A DNA stretch of 62,889 bases, counting the filler. It is 3 parts of 3 records of this genome, joined end to end, with 100 filler letters (N's around TTAATTAATTAA, not from the genome) between each part and the next. Parts side by side here need not be neighbours in the genome. Positions count along the whole stretch, not along the records: positions 26,166 to 49,466 come from DRR378314_2467; positions 49,567 to 62,889 come from DRR378314_2475; 1 more part is not named here. One strand, written 5' to 3'. Below, one piece after another: positions 40,296 through 50,889 of the stretch. The notes under the pieces were generated by a model. That model was given only the letters and a program-made list of their open reading frames with translations. It was not told where the DNA came from and ran no database searches. Each line of letters begins with the position of its first letter. The stretch's first letter is position 1. Made by a program: the position numbers and the translations under genes.

Positions 40296-40790
40296 ATGGC
40301 CGACGAGTATCGTTTGATACACTTCAATTGCGCGCGCCCCCTGGGCGCGTTCACGATGGAGAACGAGTTCGTTCGGGTCTTCATGGCGATTTTGCCGCGC
40401 ATATTTTCGGATGCAGATTCCTTCGAAGGTATGCACTGGCACACCCACGGTATTCGCCGCCCGAATGGTGAGTGGTACGGCATGGAACTCGCGTTCCCAT
40501 ACCCGGTTGAACTCGCGGCCCCTGATGTCTGCACGATGGCGGGCTGGAAGTCCGTCGAGGCGCTGCGCGAATTCACCTATAATGGCCGCACGCACCCCCC
40601 CGGCATGAGGCGTTTGTCGAGCCAACTGGATCGGAGCGCTGGAGCGGGCTTTGTCCTGTGGTGGGCAAAGCGGGGTGAGCGCTTCACGTTGCAGGATGGC
40701 TGGGACCGATTGCAATCGCTCCGACAGAACGGCCCAACTGAAGATGCGTTCTCTCTGGAACGTCCAGTAGCCAAACCGGAAGCAGCCTGA
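40296..40790 (+). CDS. DUF3291-like protein
   Basis: Pattern A....G..W...W.S.EAL..F.Y...H...M...VLWW...RL..L..NGPT..AF; family call from memory. Confidence 0.7.
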   Translation: MADEYRLIHFNCARPLGAFTMENEFVRVFMAILPRIFSDADSFEGMHWHTHGIRRPNGEWYGMELAFPYPVELAAPDVCTMAGWKSVEALREFTYNGRTHPPGMRRLSSQLDRSAGAGFVLWWAKRGERFTLQDGWDRLQSLRQNGPTEDAFSLERPVAKPEAA

Positions 40791-41290
40791 TGCTGTCGCG
40801 ACGCGTCGCTCTGGCCATGATCGCCTTTGCGACGCTGGCAGCCTGCGCTTCAACCCCGGAGCCTGACGCCCAGACGATTTATCTCGTCCGCCACGCAGAG
40901 AAAGCCAGCGGGCAGGACCCTCACCTGACAATTGTCGGCCGGGCCCGCGCGGAGATTCTGGCTGCCGAACTGGCTGACGCAAACCTTTCCGCTATCTACT
41001 CCACAGATACCAATCGCACCCGCGAAACCGCCGCGCCCACGGCAAATGCGTTCGGCCTGACGGTTCTCCCTTACGACGCAAGCAATCTGGACACGTTCGC
41101 GAACATGCTGCGCGCGACGCCCGGCAACATCCTTGTGGTCGGCCATTCCAATACGACGCCGGAGCTTGTGAAAGCGCTGGGCGGCAAGCCCGGCGCGCCG
41201 ATTGTCGAAGCTACGGAGTATGACCGGCTCTACGTGCTGACTGCCAATGGCCGCCGCTACCGCACGGAGTTGCGCCGCTACGGCAACTGA
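40790..41290 (+). CDS. Histidine phosphatase (SixA/PGM superfamily) lipoprotein
   Basis: Lipobox LAAC; YLVRHAEK, RTRETA, VVGHSNT. Confidence 0.88.
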   Translation: MLSRRVALAMIAFATLAACASTPEPDAQTIYLVRHAEKASGQDPHLTIVGRARAEILAAELADANLSAIYSTDTNRTRETAAPTANAFGLTVLPYDASNLDTFANMLRATPGNILVVGHSNTTPELVKALGGKPGAPIVEATEYDRLYVLTANGRRYRTELRRYGN

Positions 41291-41294
41291 CCGG

Positions 41295-41555
41295 TCAGGC
41301 TGCCGGCAAGCCCAACCGGTAAACGCCTTTGAACGTATCCGGATCTTCGACCGGCTTGCCCTTGCGATAGATCAGAACGATGCCCGCCTTGTGCAGGCGT
41401 ACGGCTTCAGCCCGAACATCCTTCAGCACACGCTGGAAGTTCTTTTCACTGACGGCCTTCGCCGCAATCTCCGGCGCAACGGTCTTGCCCGCGCCACAAG
41501 CGGCTGTCACGTCCAGGATCGCATCGCGGACGGGGTTGGAATGCTCCTCACTCAC
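41295..41555 (-). CDS. DUF3253-like small winged-helix protein
   Basis: GKTVAPEIAAK..VRAEAVRL..G..IYRKGKPV..FKGVYRL. Confidence 0.8.
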   Translation of the reverse strand: MSEEHSNPVRDAILDVTAACGAGKTVAPEIAAKAVSEKNFQRVLKDVRAEAVRLHKAGIVLIYRKGKPVEDPDTFKGVYRLGLPAA

Positions 41556-42787
41556 CAGTCCACCGCCGCATAGACAAGTTGTTGCAGCTGAGGCCGGATC
41601 GGATAGGTGCCTGACGGCATCATCTGGGTCGCCTGAATGGCGATCATCTCTTCAACCGGGTCAATCCAGAAGAAAGTGGAGGCAAGACCACCCCAGCTGA
41701 AATTACCGTGGCTGGAGGGCTGCATGCTTGCCACCGGATCAACCAGTACAGAGCCGCCAAGCCCGAACCCGTTGCCTTCCATGCGCGCCTCGGAAAACGT
41801 CTTGTCACCCATCGCCTTGATGGTCTGACCATCGGGCAAATGGTTCTGGCGCATGAACTCCCACGTCTTGGGGCTGATAATGCGCGCGCCATCCAGCGTG
41901 CCGCCCCGCATCAGCATCAGGCAAAACCGGTGATAGTCCCGCACGGTAGAGGCAAGTCCGCCGCCCGCATTCAGCAGTTTCGGGCGCTTGCTGTAGAGCT
42001 TCGACTCCTTGCCCGCCGCATCGGCCAGAGTGATCTCTCCGCTGATCGGATGCTTGCTGTAGCAAGCCATCAGCCGGTCAATCTTGTTTTCAGGTACCCA
42101 GAAATCGGTATCATCCATACCGAGCGGTCCAAAAATCCGCTCCCGGAAGAACTCGTCCAGTGGCTGCCCGGACACAATCTCGACCACCGCGCCAAGCACA
42201 TCGATCGAATGCCCATAGCCCCATTGCGTTCCGGGAGAGAAGGCCAGCGGCAATTTCGCAATCCGCTGGCTCATTTCCAGCAAGGTCTCGGTCGGCGCGC
42301 CGATCTTTTCCTTGCGATAAATCGCGTCCGGCTCATCCTGCATCAGGAAGCCATAGGTAATCCCGGATGTGTGCGTGAACAGGTCCAGCAGGGTCATGGC
42401 CCGGTCTGGCGCGCGCGTCGTGTAGTCCTCACGATTGCCGCTATCGAACACCTGCACGTCCGCAAATTCCGGAATGTAACGGGCAACTTCATGATCCAGC
42501 CTCAGCTTGCCTTCCTCGAACAGCATCATCGCCGCCAGGGATGTGACCGGCTTGGTCATCGAATAGATTCGGAAGATCGTATGCGGACCGATTGGCTCAC
42601 CTTCGCCGATATGGGTCGTGCCGGAATAATCCTCCAGCGCCACTTCGCCGCCACGAGAAACCAGTGTCGCCACACAGGGCAGCTTGCCCGTGTCGATATA
42701 GTTGCTCTGGAAATACTCCGGAATGGCCTCCAGCCGCTCGGCATTCAGTCCAACCTCATGCGGGTCTGTCAGATCGTGTTCGAACAT
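41552..42787 (-). CDS. Serine hydrolase, beta-lactamase class C/esterase family
   Basis: FRIYSMTKP (SxxK), LFTHTSG, PGTQWGYG, WGGLASTFFWIDP. Confidence 0.93.
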   Translation of the reverse strand: MFEHDLTDPHEVGLNAERLEAIPEYFQSNYIDTGKLPCVATLVSRGGEVALEDYSGTTHIGEGEPIGPHTIFRIYSMTKPVTSLAAMMLFEEGKLRLDHEVARYIPEFADVQVFDSGNREDYTTRAPDRAMTLLDLFTHTSGITYGFLMQDEPDAIYRKEKIGAPTETLLEMSQRIAKLPLAFSPGTQWGYGHSIDVLGAVVEIVSGQPLDEFFRERIFGPLGMDDTDFWVPENKIDRLMACYSKHPISGEITLADAAGKESKLYSKRPKLLNAGGGLASTVRDYHRFCLMLMRGGTLDGARIISPKTWEFMRQNHLPDGQTIKAMGDKTFSEARMEGNGFGLGGSVLVDPVASMQPSSHGNFSWGGLASTFFWIDPVEEMIAIQATQMMPSGTYPIRPQLQQLVYAAVDW

Positions 42788-42790
42788 GGC

Positions 42791-43951
42791 CTAAAGCCTC
42801 CCTGCCTTCGCCGCCTTGGACAGTTCACGCGCGATGATCACCTGCTGGATCTGGCTGGTGCCTTCATACAGGCGGAAGATGCGCACATCGCGATAGAAGC
42901 GCTCGATGCCATAGTCGGAGACATAACCCGCGCCGCCGAATACCTGCACTGCGCGATCTGCAACCCGGCCACACGCCTCAGTGGCGAACAATTTCGTCGA
43001 TGAGGCGAGCAGGGTGACATCCTCACCGGCATCGCGCCGACGCGCTGCGTCCATGATCATGCATTCGGCCGCATAGGTTTCGGCCTGGCTGTCGGCAATC
43101 ATGGCCTGAATCATCTGATGCTGCATGATCGGCTTTCCGAACTGCTGCCGCTCCAATGCATAGTTTACCATTTCGCGGATCAGGCGCTTGGAGACGCCGG
43201 TTGCAACGGCGGAGATATGCAGGCGTCCCTTGTCCAGCACGCTCATCGCCACTTTGAAGCCTTCGCCCTCGCCCGCGATCATGTTCTCGGCAGGCACGCG
43301 CGCATCTTCGAAGATCACATCACAGATATGCGCGCCCTGCTGGCCCATTTTCTTTTCAGGAACGCCCACCGTTACGCCCGGTGTATCGCGCTCCACAATG
43401 AAGGCCGAAACGCCCTTCGGGCCCGGCGTATCCGGATCCGTCCGCGCCATGACCGTAAAAAGGTCCGCCTTGTTCGCATTGGTGATGTAGCGCTTGGTGC
43501 CATTCAGCACGTAATGGTCGCCATCACGGATGGCCTTGGTCGTCAGGCTGCCTGCGTCAGACCCCGCTTCCGGCTCGGTCAACGCGAAGCTGGCGATCAG
43601 GTCGCCAGAGGCAATACCCGGCAGCCATCTTTCCTTCTGTGCATCCGTTCCGAACAAGACGAGCGCCTGGCTGCCGATGCCGATATTCGTGCCCGCCACG
43701 CTCCGGAAAGCAGGGGATGTCTCGCCCAGCTCCATCGCAACCAGTGCCTCGGTCTCCATATCCAGGGCCAGACCGCCATACTCTTCCGGCACCGCGATGC
43801 CGAACAGGCCGAGATTCTTCATCTCGTCGACGATTTCCTGTGGTACTTCGTCTTCCTCGCCGACCTTGGCCTCGATCGGCACGCACTTTTCGGTCACAAA
43901 GCGGCGGACCTGCTCGATCAGCGCCGCGCGGATTTCGGCATCGAATGCCAT
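42791..43951 (-). CDS. Acyl-CoA dehydrogenase
   Basis: FALTEPEAGSD, LNGTKRYITNA, QVFGGAGY, LYEGTSQIQ. Confidence 0.96.
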   Translation of the reverse strand: MAFDAEIRAALIEQVRRFVTEKCVPIEAKVGEEDEVPQEIVDEMKNLGLFGIAVPEEYGGLALDMETEALVAMELGETSPAFRSVAGTNIGIGSQALVLFGTDAQKERWLPGIASGDLIASFALTEPEAGSDAGSLTTKAIRDGDHYVLNGTKRYITNANKADLFTVMARTDPDTPGPKGVSAFIVERDTPGVTVGVPEKKMGQQGAHICDVIFEDARVPAENMIAGEGEGFKVAMSVLDKGRLHISAVATGVSKRLIREMVNYALERQQFGKPIMQHQMIQAMIADSQAETYAAECMIMDAARRRDAGEDVTLLASSTKLFATEACGRVADRAVQVFGGAGYVSDYGIERFYRDVRIFRLYEGTSQIQQVIIARELSKAAKAGRL

Positions 43952-44061
43952 ACCATTTCCTCCGGTGAATATTCTTGCCAGACCAATCTATGCCCCAACG
44001 GCACGCTTGTCGAAGGGTGACTGTGCGGTATCGTGCCCCACAAAAACAGCAGGGAGGCGGA

Positions 44062-44490
44062 ATGACCGCACATACAGTGGAATCCGGGGAATTTGCCGGC
44101 TGGCAGACATGGCCCGACGAGCCCTTTGAATACGACGCCGCAGGGCCATTCTATTTCAAGTTTGACGATCAAGGCCCCGTCGCCGCTTTTCGCGCCGAAC
44201 GCAAGCACATGAATGCGGGCGGCGTCATGCATGGCGGCTGCCTGATGTCGTTCGCGGACTTTTCCCTGTTCGCTATCGCCCATGACGGCATGGAGGGCGA
44301 ATATGGCGTGACCGTCGCTTTCACATCCGAGTTTCTCGATGGCGCCCTTGAAGGCGAATACATGGAAGCGCGCGGAGACGTACTGCGTCGCGGCCGATCC
44401 CTGACATTCGTCCGGGGCATCATCACGGCCAATGGTCGCCCCGTCCTGAATTTCTCCGGAACGATCAAGAAGCGAAAGAAAAAGACATGA
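44062..44490 (+). CDS. PaaI-family thioesterase
   Basis: HMNAGGVMHGGCLMSFAD hot-dog-fold motif; RBS GGGAGG before ATG 44062. Confidence 0.92.
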   Translation: MTAHTVESGEFAGWQTWPDEPFEYDAAGPFYFKFDDQGPVAAFRAERKHMNAGGVMHGGCLMSFADFSLFAIAHDGMEGEYGVTVAFTSEFLDGALEGEYMEARGDVLRRGRSLTFVRGIITANGRPVLNFSGTIKKRKKKT

Positions 44491-45275
44491 GCAACCTACC
44501 CTATCAGGATCTGTCCCGCTCTATCGACGGCAAGACCGCGCTGATCACCGGCGCTGCCAGCGGCATGGGCCGCGCCACCGCGCACCTTTTTGCCCGGCAG
44601 GGGGCCAGGGTCGCCGTCACGGACCTGAAGCAGGAGAATGTTGACGTCGTGGTTCAGGAGATCCGCGACGCCGGCTTTTCCGACGTGCATGGCTGGGCGC
44701 TGGATGTGAGCGACGCTGACGCAATCAAGCGCGTCGTCGATGAAATTGCCGCACATTTCGGCGGACTGGAAATCCTGGTCAATAATGCCGGTTTTGCCCT
44801 TCCGGCAGATATTGCCGAGGAGAGCTATGAGGATAGTTGGGGCCCGAGCATCAATGTCATGCTGACCTCACACCAGCGCGCCATCCGCGCAGCACTTCCA
44901 CACATGCGCAAGGCTGGCTTCGGCCGCATCGTGAACATTGCATCCACCGAAGGGCTTGGCGCGACGCCGGGCAATTCGCCCTATGTCGCCGCCAAGCATG
45001 GCGTCATCGGCCTGACCCGCGGCCTTGCCGTAGATCTTGGCCGCGAAGGCATCACGGTGAACTGCATCTGCCCCGGCCCGATCCACACCGGCATCACCGA
45101 AGGCATCAAGGACGAGCACAAGGAAATCTATGCCAAGCGCCGCGTGCCGCTGCGCCGGTATGGCATCCCGGAAGAAGTTGCCAACATGACCCTGTCGCTC
45201 GTCCTGCCAGCCGCCAGCTTCCTGACCGGGGTGCACATCCCGGTCGATGGCGGCCTGACGATCAAGAACGCCTAA
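44487..45275 (+). CDS. Short-chain dehydrogenase/reductase
   Basis: TGAASGMG, NNAG, YVAAKHG, VDGG. Confidence 0.95.
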   Translation: MSNLPYQDLSRSIDGKTALITGAASGMGRATAHLFARQGARVAVTDLKQENVDVVVQEIRDAGFSDVHGWALDVSDADAIKRVVDEIAAHFGGLEILVNNAGFALPADIAEESYEDSWGPSINVMLTSHQRAIRAALPHMRKAGFGRIVNIASTEGLGATPGNSPYVAAKHGVIGLTRGLAVDLGREGITVNCICPGPIHTGITEGIKDEHKEIYAKRRVPLRRYGIPEEVANMTLSLVLPAASFLTGVHIPVDGGLTIKNA

Positions 45276-45886
45276 CCGGCAAAACCCCGCGCTTTCATGG
45301 CGTCGTACCAGCGGCCGAGATTCTCGTGCTCCTTGTGCGGCGCCCATTTCATCACTCGGCAGAATCCGCAGGTGATGAACAGGGTTATGTCCGCAATCGA
45401 GAAGCGGTCCGCCGCCAAAAATTCATGCTGAGCCAGATGCTTGTCGATTCGCTGGGCCATCTTGCGCGCGGCCTTTTCCCCCTTCGCGGCAGACTCGGCG
45501 CTCTGCGGCACTTCCAGCGGCGCCATCATCTCATGCGCGTTCCGGAACCATGTGGCGAACTGGACGAAGAACATCATCTCCACACGGCGATCCCACATCT
45601 CGACCAGCGCCTTTTCCTTGGCGTCTGATCCCATCAAATTGGGCTCAGGGAAGAGGTTTTCGAAATAGGTGCAGATCGCACGGCTCTCGGTGATCTTCGT
45701 GCCATCGTCCAGCACCAGCGCCGGAACCTGCGCGAAGGGGGAGACGTCACGATATTCCTTCGTCTTGTGCTCCTGCTTCATGATGGAGACTTCTTCCAGC
45801 TCTACAGCATCGAGCTTGCCCTTGGCGCGCAAGAAAAAGGTCACCCGATCCGGGTTCGGAGCGTTTGGCGTATGGTAAAGTTTCAT
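45272..45886 (-). CDS. Glutathione S-transferase family protein
   Basis: APNPDRV, QVPALVLDDG..ITESRAIC, FSIADIT. Confidence 0.93.
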   Translation of the reverse strand: MKLYHTPNAPNPDRVTFFLRAKGKLDAVELEEVSIMKQEHKTKEYRDVSPFAQVPALVLDDGTKITESRAICTYFENLFPEPNLMGSDAKEKALVEMWDRRVEMMFFVQFATWFRNAHEMMAPLEVPQSAESAAKGEKAARKMAQRIDKHLAQHEFLAADRFSIADITLFITCGFCRVMKWAPHKEHENLGRWYDAMKARGFAG

Positions 45887-45897
45887 TGGTTTCCTCC

Positions 45898-47940
45898 CTA
45901 GAATTTTTTTCTCATGCCCAGCGTCGCATTGGTTGGCTCGCCGGGGAAGTATCTGTCATTGCCAAAGGCGAGGTCGGCCCGGTCAGCGTAGCGCTCATCA
46001 GTCAGATTGCGCACGATCAGGAACACTTCGGCTCCCTCAGCAAACACCCATGCGCCGCGCGCGCCGAGCACTGTGTGACCGGGATAGACTGTGGTGTTGG
46101 CCGGGTCGACGAAATATTCGCCCACATGATCCACATTCAGGGACAGCTTGATCGCCTCCGTCGCCTGCCAGTCGAGCGAGACATTTGCCAGCCATTCCGG
46201 GGCCGTGTCGATCTCGTTTCCGTCCCGGATGGTTTCCGTACCCGAACTGGTGATCCGGTCGAACGTATAGGTCTGGTCTGACCAGCTTGCCGATCCGGAA
46301 ACACTGAATGCGGTGGTCAGTTCCAAAGCCGCCGAGGCTTCGATTCCCGCATGCTCGGTCGATCCATTGGGAACATTCAACCCGTCGCTATCGCGGAAGA
46401 AGAAATTCTCCTTCTCCATCCAGTAGGCAGCCACATCATAGACCAACCGGCCATCAAGCGCACTGCCCCGCGCGCCAATCTCGAAACTGTCCAGCGTCTC
46501 TTCTTCGACCTCACCGGCTACTTGCAGGCTTTGCAGGCGATAGAGATCAGACGCCTGAGGTGCACGCTCGCCCCGCGCATAGTTCGTATAAAGATCGGTT
46601 GCGTCGGTCACAGACCAGATCAAGCCCAGCTTCGGCGTCAGCAGGTCAAAATTATCCGTTCGGTCCGCTGGCACATTGAACCGGCCATTGATTCCGGGGG
46701 CCACATCCGTCGAATAATCGTATTCGTGGGTTTCCGCTCGCAGCCCCGCCAGCAGGCGCATATCATCCGTAAGCGCATAGTCCAGCTCACCCCACAGCGC
46801 GCCGGTCAGCGTGTCGACGGTATAGTCATAGTGCTTGCCCTGTGGAAAACGTGCGTCGCCTGGGAAAAATCCGAACGGCTCCGGCTGGATTTCCTTCAGC
46901 CAGCCACTCGCCACATCCACATCCGCGCCGACCCGCCAGGTCACCGCCTCAGAGACCTCCCGCTGAAAGCGGGCCATGACGCCGCCGCCGGTCGAGCCAT
47001 TCTTCTCGACGCCGCCATTCGGCAGGAAGTGCTGCGCAAAGATCATCGCCTGCGTGTGCGCATAAGGCGTCAGGGTCAACGTGCCGCCGCCCATTTCGCG
47101 GGAAAGCCGCGCCCCGGCGCGCGCCGACCAGGCATCGCGATAGGCCTCCGGGTTCGGATTGGATTTGGCTATGTCCTCATCCTTGTAGGCGTCGGCGCCC
47201 TGAATGAAGCCGGCCGTCTCCTGATTGAGGTTGGATGCGGTCAGCCACCCTGTCGTGTCCCAACCGCCCAGCGCCCAGTCTCCCACCAGAGTCAGTTTCT
47301 GCTGGTCCACGCCGGTATTGTCGCGCCAGCCTGTATCCTTCTGGATCGAGACTGCCGCTAGCCAATGCTCGCCCTGGTCCAGCGTCACATCAGTGCGCCA
47401 TCGGCCGAGCGTGCCATAGCTTGCGACGGTCTCGCTGCCGGCGCCGACGTCCGGCAAGATGACATTTACCAGTCCGTGCACGGCGTTGGAGCCATACTTC
47501 GCACTGCCCGGCCCACGCACGACCTCAATGGCGCTCGCCACTTCATGGTGCGGCTCGAACAGGCTGTTGACGTTTCCGAAGGCGGGCGAGCGCACCGGCA
47601 CGCCATTCTCCATGATCAGGAAGCTGCCCTGCCCGGCCCCGCCGGTCAGCACGGGGCTGCGGATCGCAATCAGATGCTCCTGCCCCGAATTCATCTGGAT
47701 GTTCACGCCGGGCAGCTTGTTCAGGATTTCGGCTGGATGGTCTGCCAGCGTGTCGGCGATCTCGGCATCTTCCAGTAAGGCCAGACTCCCGGGATCGGTC
47801 TCCGCCCGGTCACCCCAGACATTGACCGGCTCCAATCGTTCCTGCGCGGCCACCGGCATTGCAGCCGCCAAAGCAGCCCCACTCGCGGCGAACACGCCTG
47901 CCCACATTCGTCTCATTCTCATGTCTCGCACTCGTGCCAA
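45898..47940 (-). CDS. TonB-dependent outer-membrane receptor
   Basis: Signal peptide; plug motif IEVVRGPGSAKYGSNAVHGLVNV; beta-strand pattern; NLTDERY; C-terminal Phe. The exact start is uncertain. Confidence 0.93.
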   Translation of the reverse strand: MARVRDMRMRRMWAGVFAASGAALAAAMPVAAQERLEPVNVWGDRAETDPGSLALLEDAEIADTLADHPAEILNKLPGVNIQMNSGQEHLIAIRSPVLTGGAGQGSFLIMENGVPVRSPAFGNVNSLFEPHHEVASAIEVVRGPGSAKYGSNAVHGLVNVILPDVGAGSETVASYGTLGRWRTDVTLDQGEHWLAAVSIQKDTGWRDNTGVDQQKLTLVGDWALGGWDTTGWLTASNLNQETAGFIQGADAYKDEDIAKSNPNPEAYRDAWSARAGARLSREMGGGTLTLTPYAHTQAMIFAQHFLPNGGVEKNGSTGGGVMARFQREVSEAVTWRVGADVDVASGWLKEIQPEPFGFFPGDARFPQGKHYDYTVDTLTGALWGELDYALTDDMRLLAGLRAETHEYDYSTDVAPGINGRFNVPADRTDNFDLLTPKLGLIWSVTDATDLYTNYARGERAPQASDLYRLQSLQVAGEVEEETLDSFEIGARGSALDGRLVYDVAAYWMEKENFFFRDSDGLNVPNGSTEHAGIEASAALELTTAFSVSGSASWSDQTYTFDRITSSGTETIRDGNEIDTAPEWLANVSLDWQATEAIKLSLNVDHVGEYFVDPANTTVYPGHTVLGARGAWVFAEGAEVFLIVRNLTDERYADRADLAFGNDRYFPGEPTNATLGMRKKF

Positions 47941-47989
47941 TCCCAGACCTCAAGTCTAGGCCTGACCGTGCGACAGGCGAGGGAAAAGA

Positions 47990-49285
47990 TCAGCCGCCCG
48001 TGAACAATTGATATGGCAATGCGCCGACCACTGCGCCGGACAGACAGGTCGCCAGCGTGCCCGCCAGCAGGGTCCGCCAGGCCAGCGCCAGGAAATCATC
48101 CCGCCGCGCGGGCTCCACAATGCTCAGGCCGCCGATCAGGATGCCCATCGAACCGAAATTGGCGAAACCGCAAATTGCATGCGCCGTGATCATGCGTGTG
48201 CGCGGATCCATCGCGTCTACCGGCACTTCGGCCAGTTGAAGGAAGGCGACAAATTCCGTCAACACGGTCTTCACCCCCATGAGAGACCCCGACTGCGCCG
48301 CCTCTCCCATCGGCACGCCGATCATGTACATCAGCGGCGCGAAGATCCAGCCCAGCACCCGCTCGATGGATAGCGGCGCGCCCGCCACATCCGGGAACAG
48401 CCCAAGTCCGGCATTGACCAGCCAAAGCAGGGCCAGCGCCGCGATCAGCATAGTGGTGATGTTCAGAACGATCTTCAGGCCATCGGACGCGCCCGTCGAA
48501 AAGGCGTCCATCGTGGAGGAATAGCTGAAATCCGGCTCTTTCATCCGCTCGGTCGCGGGCGTCGTTTCCGGGATCAGACAGAGCGCAACGGCCACCGCGG
48601 CTGGGGCCGCCATGATGGAGGCGGTCAGCAATTGTGCCAGCGGATTTTCCATCTTGCCTTCGAGGAATGATCCATAAACGACCAGCACACTGCCAGCGAT
48701 GGTCGCAAAGCCTGCCGTCATCATGATCAGCAATTCAGAGCGGGTCATGCCCTTGATGTAGGGCCGGATAAGAACCGGCGCTTCGGTCATGCCCATGAAT
48801 ACGTTGGCGGACACAGCAAGAGACGTTGCCCCGCCAAGCCCCATCGCACGCTGAAAGATATAGGCAAACCCATTGGTCACCCATTGCAGGATGCGCCAAT
48901 GCCACAGGATCGCCGACAGCGCCGCAACGACGATCACGATCGGCAGGATCTGGAAGAAAAACAGCGGCGGCGGTGAGCCATCCATCAATTGCTGTGCGGC
49001 CACATTGTCCCCGACATAGCCGAACACAAAACTCGTGCCGGCCCGCGTCGCATTCTGCAGGCCATCAACCACGTCATTGGCCTTGAACAGGATCGCGCGC
49101 ACGAAGGGAATGCCGAACAGGATGAGCGCGAATACGAACTGCATGATCGTCGCGCCGACGACCAGCTTGAACGGGAACAGCTTGCGCTTCTCCGACAAGA
49201 CCCAGCACACGCCATAGATCAAGACGATGCCGATCAGCGCCCGGGCATTGTCCCAACCCCATTCATATCCCGCGATTGAAAGCAT
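47990..49285 (-). CDS. nupC: Concentrative nucleoside transporter (CNT/NupC family)
   Basis: GTSFVFG, NVFMGMTEAP, GFATIAGSV, KTVLTEFVAF, CGFANFGS. Confidence 0.92.
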   Translation of the reverse strand: MLSIAGYEWGWDNARALIGIVLIYGVCWVLSEKRKLFPFKLVVGATIMQFVFALILFGIPFVRAILFKANDVVDGLQNATRAGTSFVFGYVGDNVAAQQLMDGSPPPLFFFQILPIVIVVAALSAILWHWRILQWVTNGFAYIFQRAMGLGGATSLAVSANVFMGMTEAPVLIRPYIKGMTRSELLIMMTAGFATIAGSVLVVYGSFLEGKMENPLAQLLTASIMAAPAAVAVALCLIPETTPATERMKEPDFSYSSTMDAFSTGASDGLKIVLNITTMLIAALALLWLVNAGLGLFPDVAGAPLSIERVLGWIFAPLMYMIGVPMGEAAQSGSLMGVKTVLTEFVAFLQLAEVPVDAMDPRTRMITAHAICGFANFGSMGILIGGLSIVEPARRDDFLALAWRTLLAGTLATCLSGAVVGALPYQLFTGG

Positions 49286-49389
49286 CCGCCGCTCCCTTTC
49301 CCCAAAGTGTCACATTCAGGCTTAGCCGCGCCGTGGCCGAAGGGGAAGCATTCTTGTGCGCTACCGGGTGCAACTCCCCCAGCCTGCCC

Positions 49390-49466
49390 ATCCTTCGACT
49401 TCGCTCAGGATGAGCGCTGCAATCTGGCAGCAGGGTGCGGACTCATCCTGAGCGAAGTCGAAGGAT
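49390..49466. repeat. Palindromic REP/RPE-like interspersed element at the contig end
   Basis: Perfect 25-bp inverted repeat ATCCTTCGACTTCGCTCAGGATGAG (49390-49414) / CTCATCCTGAGCGAAGTCGAAGGAT (49442-49466) with a 27-nt spacer. Confidence 0.8.
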
Positions 49467-49566
49467 NNNNNNNNNNNNNNNNNNNNNNNNNNNNNNNNNN
49501 NNNNNNNNNNTTAATTAATTAANNNNNNNNNNNNNNNNNNNNNNNNNNNNNNNNNNNNNNNNNNNN
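49467..49566. other. Artificial contig-joining spacer
   Basis: N44-TTAATTAATTAA-N44, identical in form to the first spacer. Confidence 0.98.
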
Positions 49567-50889
49567 AACGTGCGCCTTTGCGATCGTTTCCCGAGCAGCG
49601 TGCAGCGCGCTGCGGAGCCCCCGTGGCTGTGGCCCGTGCGCTCGCTGAGCCGCTGGTTGCTGGGGAGGTGTTGGAGGTTCGATTTCTCTGCTTCCTTGGA
49701 CTTCGGCTCGACTCTTCCTTGTTGTGCGCTCCCGCGTCTTCGCGCATGCCGCACAAGGACCTGGTTTTTCTGTCTTGTCCCTCTTTGTCCTGCCTTTCGC
49801 GCGTCCTTACGCGGGCCTGCCTCCCGTCGTGTGCGGCAACAGACGTAGGCACGGCGCGTGGCGGCGGCCGGGAGCGCAATACTGTCGCTTTGCGCAAAGT
49901 TTGGGCGCATGCGTGGCCCTGTAGGACTGTCGCGCGGCGATAATGCGACGCTTTACGCAGCGCTTGGGCTCGGAAGGCACGCAACGCAGGTGCGTACGGT
50001 GGACCGAACAGCTGCGATCTTGCGTGCGCCAGGATGGATCCCTGCCGCCTCTTGCGAGCACAGAGCGCTTTAGGTTCCTCGGCAGTGTGCTTGGGAGGCT
50101 CCCGTATCCTTATTCCGAGGAAAAAACATTTTGCTGCAGATCCTTCCTAGTACTTTACTGCTTCTCTCAGTGTTTGGTATTGCGACGCGGTTGTCCCGAT
50201 ATGATAGTGGATGGGCTAAGGGGTCGGGGGCAGGTATTTGCCTTCTGTTCGTGGTGGCGTGACCACGAATCTCCCAAGCTTTCTATTCTCCCTTGGGCTT
50301 CGTTGCGCAGCCAGACCTTGTTCGAGCAGCTACAGCCTTGCAACGTGCCGCGCCATCGGCGCTTGCCGTCGGTGCGCATATTTCGACGAGACGCACCCAT
50401 GCCAGGGGTTTACGGAGTGAGGATCATCTTCTCAATCAGTTGGTAGCGAGCGCGGGGCGCAAAGACGTGCATCCGCGTTTTTGGCATCCTGGCGCGCTCT
50501 TCCTGCGTGCTAGAGCACCAGAAGCTGCACAGCGCGTTGGTGCGAGATCTTGCGCTACGTGCAGCCGCACGTGTGTGTTCGCGCGGTCGCTAGAAACGTC
50601 GTAGTCCAAGCGCGTATACGCTGGTCACTTATCTTCGGGTATCAGAACAATACGAAACACACCGCCTTGATAGCAGTTCTTCGGTATGCTCGAAGGAAGA
50701 AGGGACAGCCTTCGCGTTGCACATGTCTTGGTCGGCGCTGTGCGCTGCGTCGATCTAGCAGTTGTGCTGCTCCCGGTTTCTCGGGCCGAGGGCTCGCCGG
50801 GCGGTTTCGCACTCCGACGTGCTCGTGGGCTCTTTCCGTATCGTCACAACTCATCTGCGCCCTGCTCTTTTTTCGCTGCTTCTTTTCAG

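Noticed and set aside
41552-42787. Antibiotic-resistance beta-lactamase
   Set aside because: No signal peptide, and it sits among acyl-CoA catabolic genes; more consistent with a cytoplasmic esterase of the same fold.
49567-50600. Short ORFs and candidate exons (e.g. 50140-50233, 50311-50442) upstream of the J domain
   Set aside because: Splice sites are plausible but there is no protein motif to fix the frame or gene membership.
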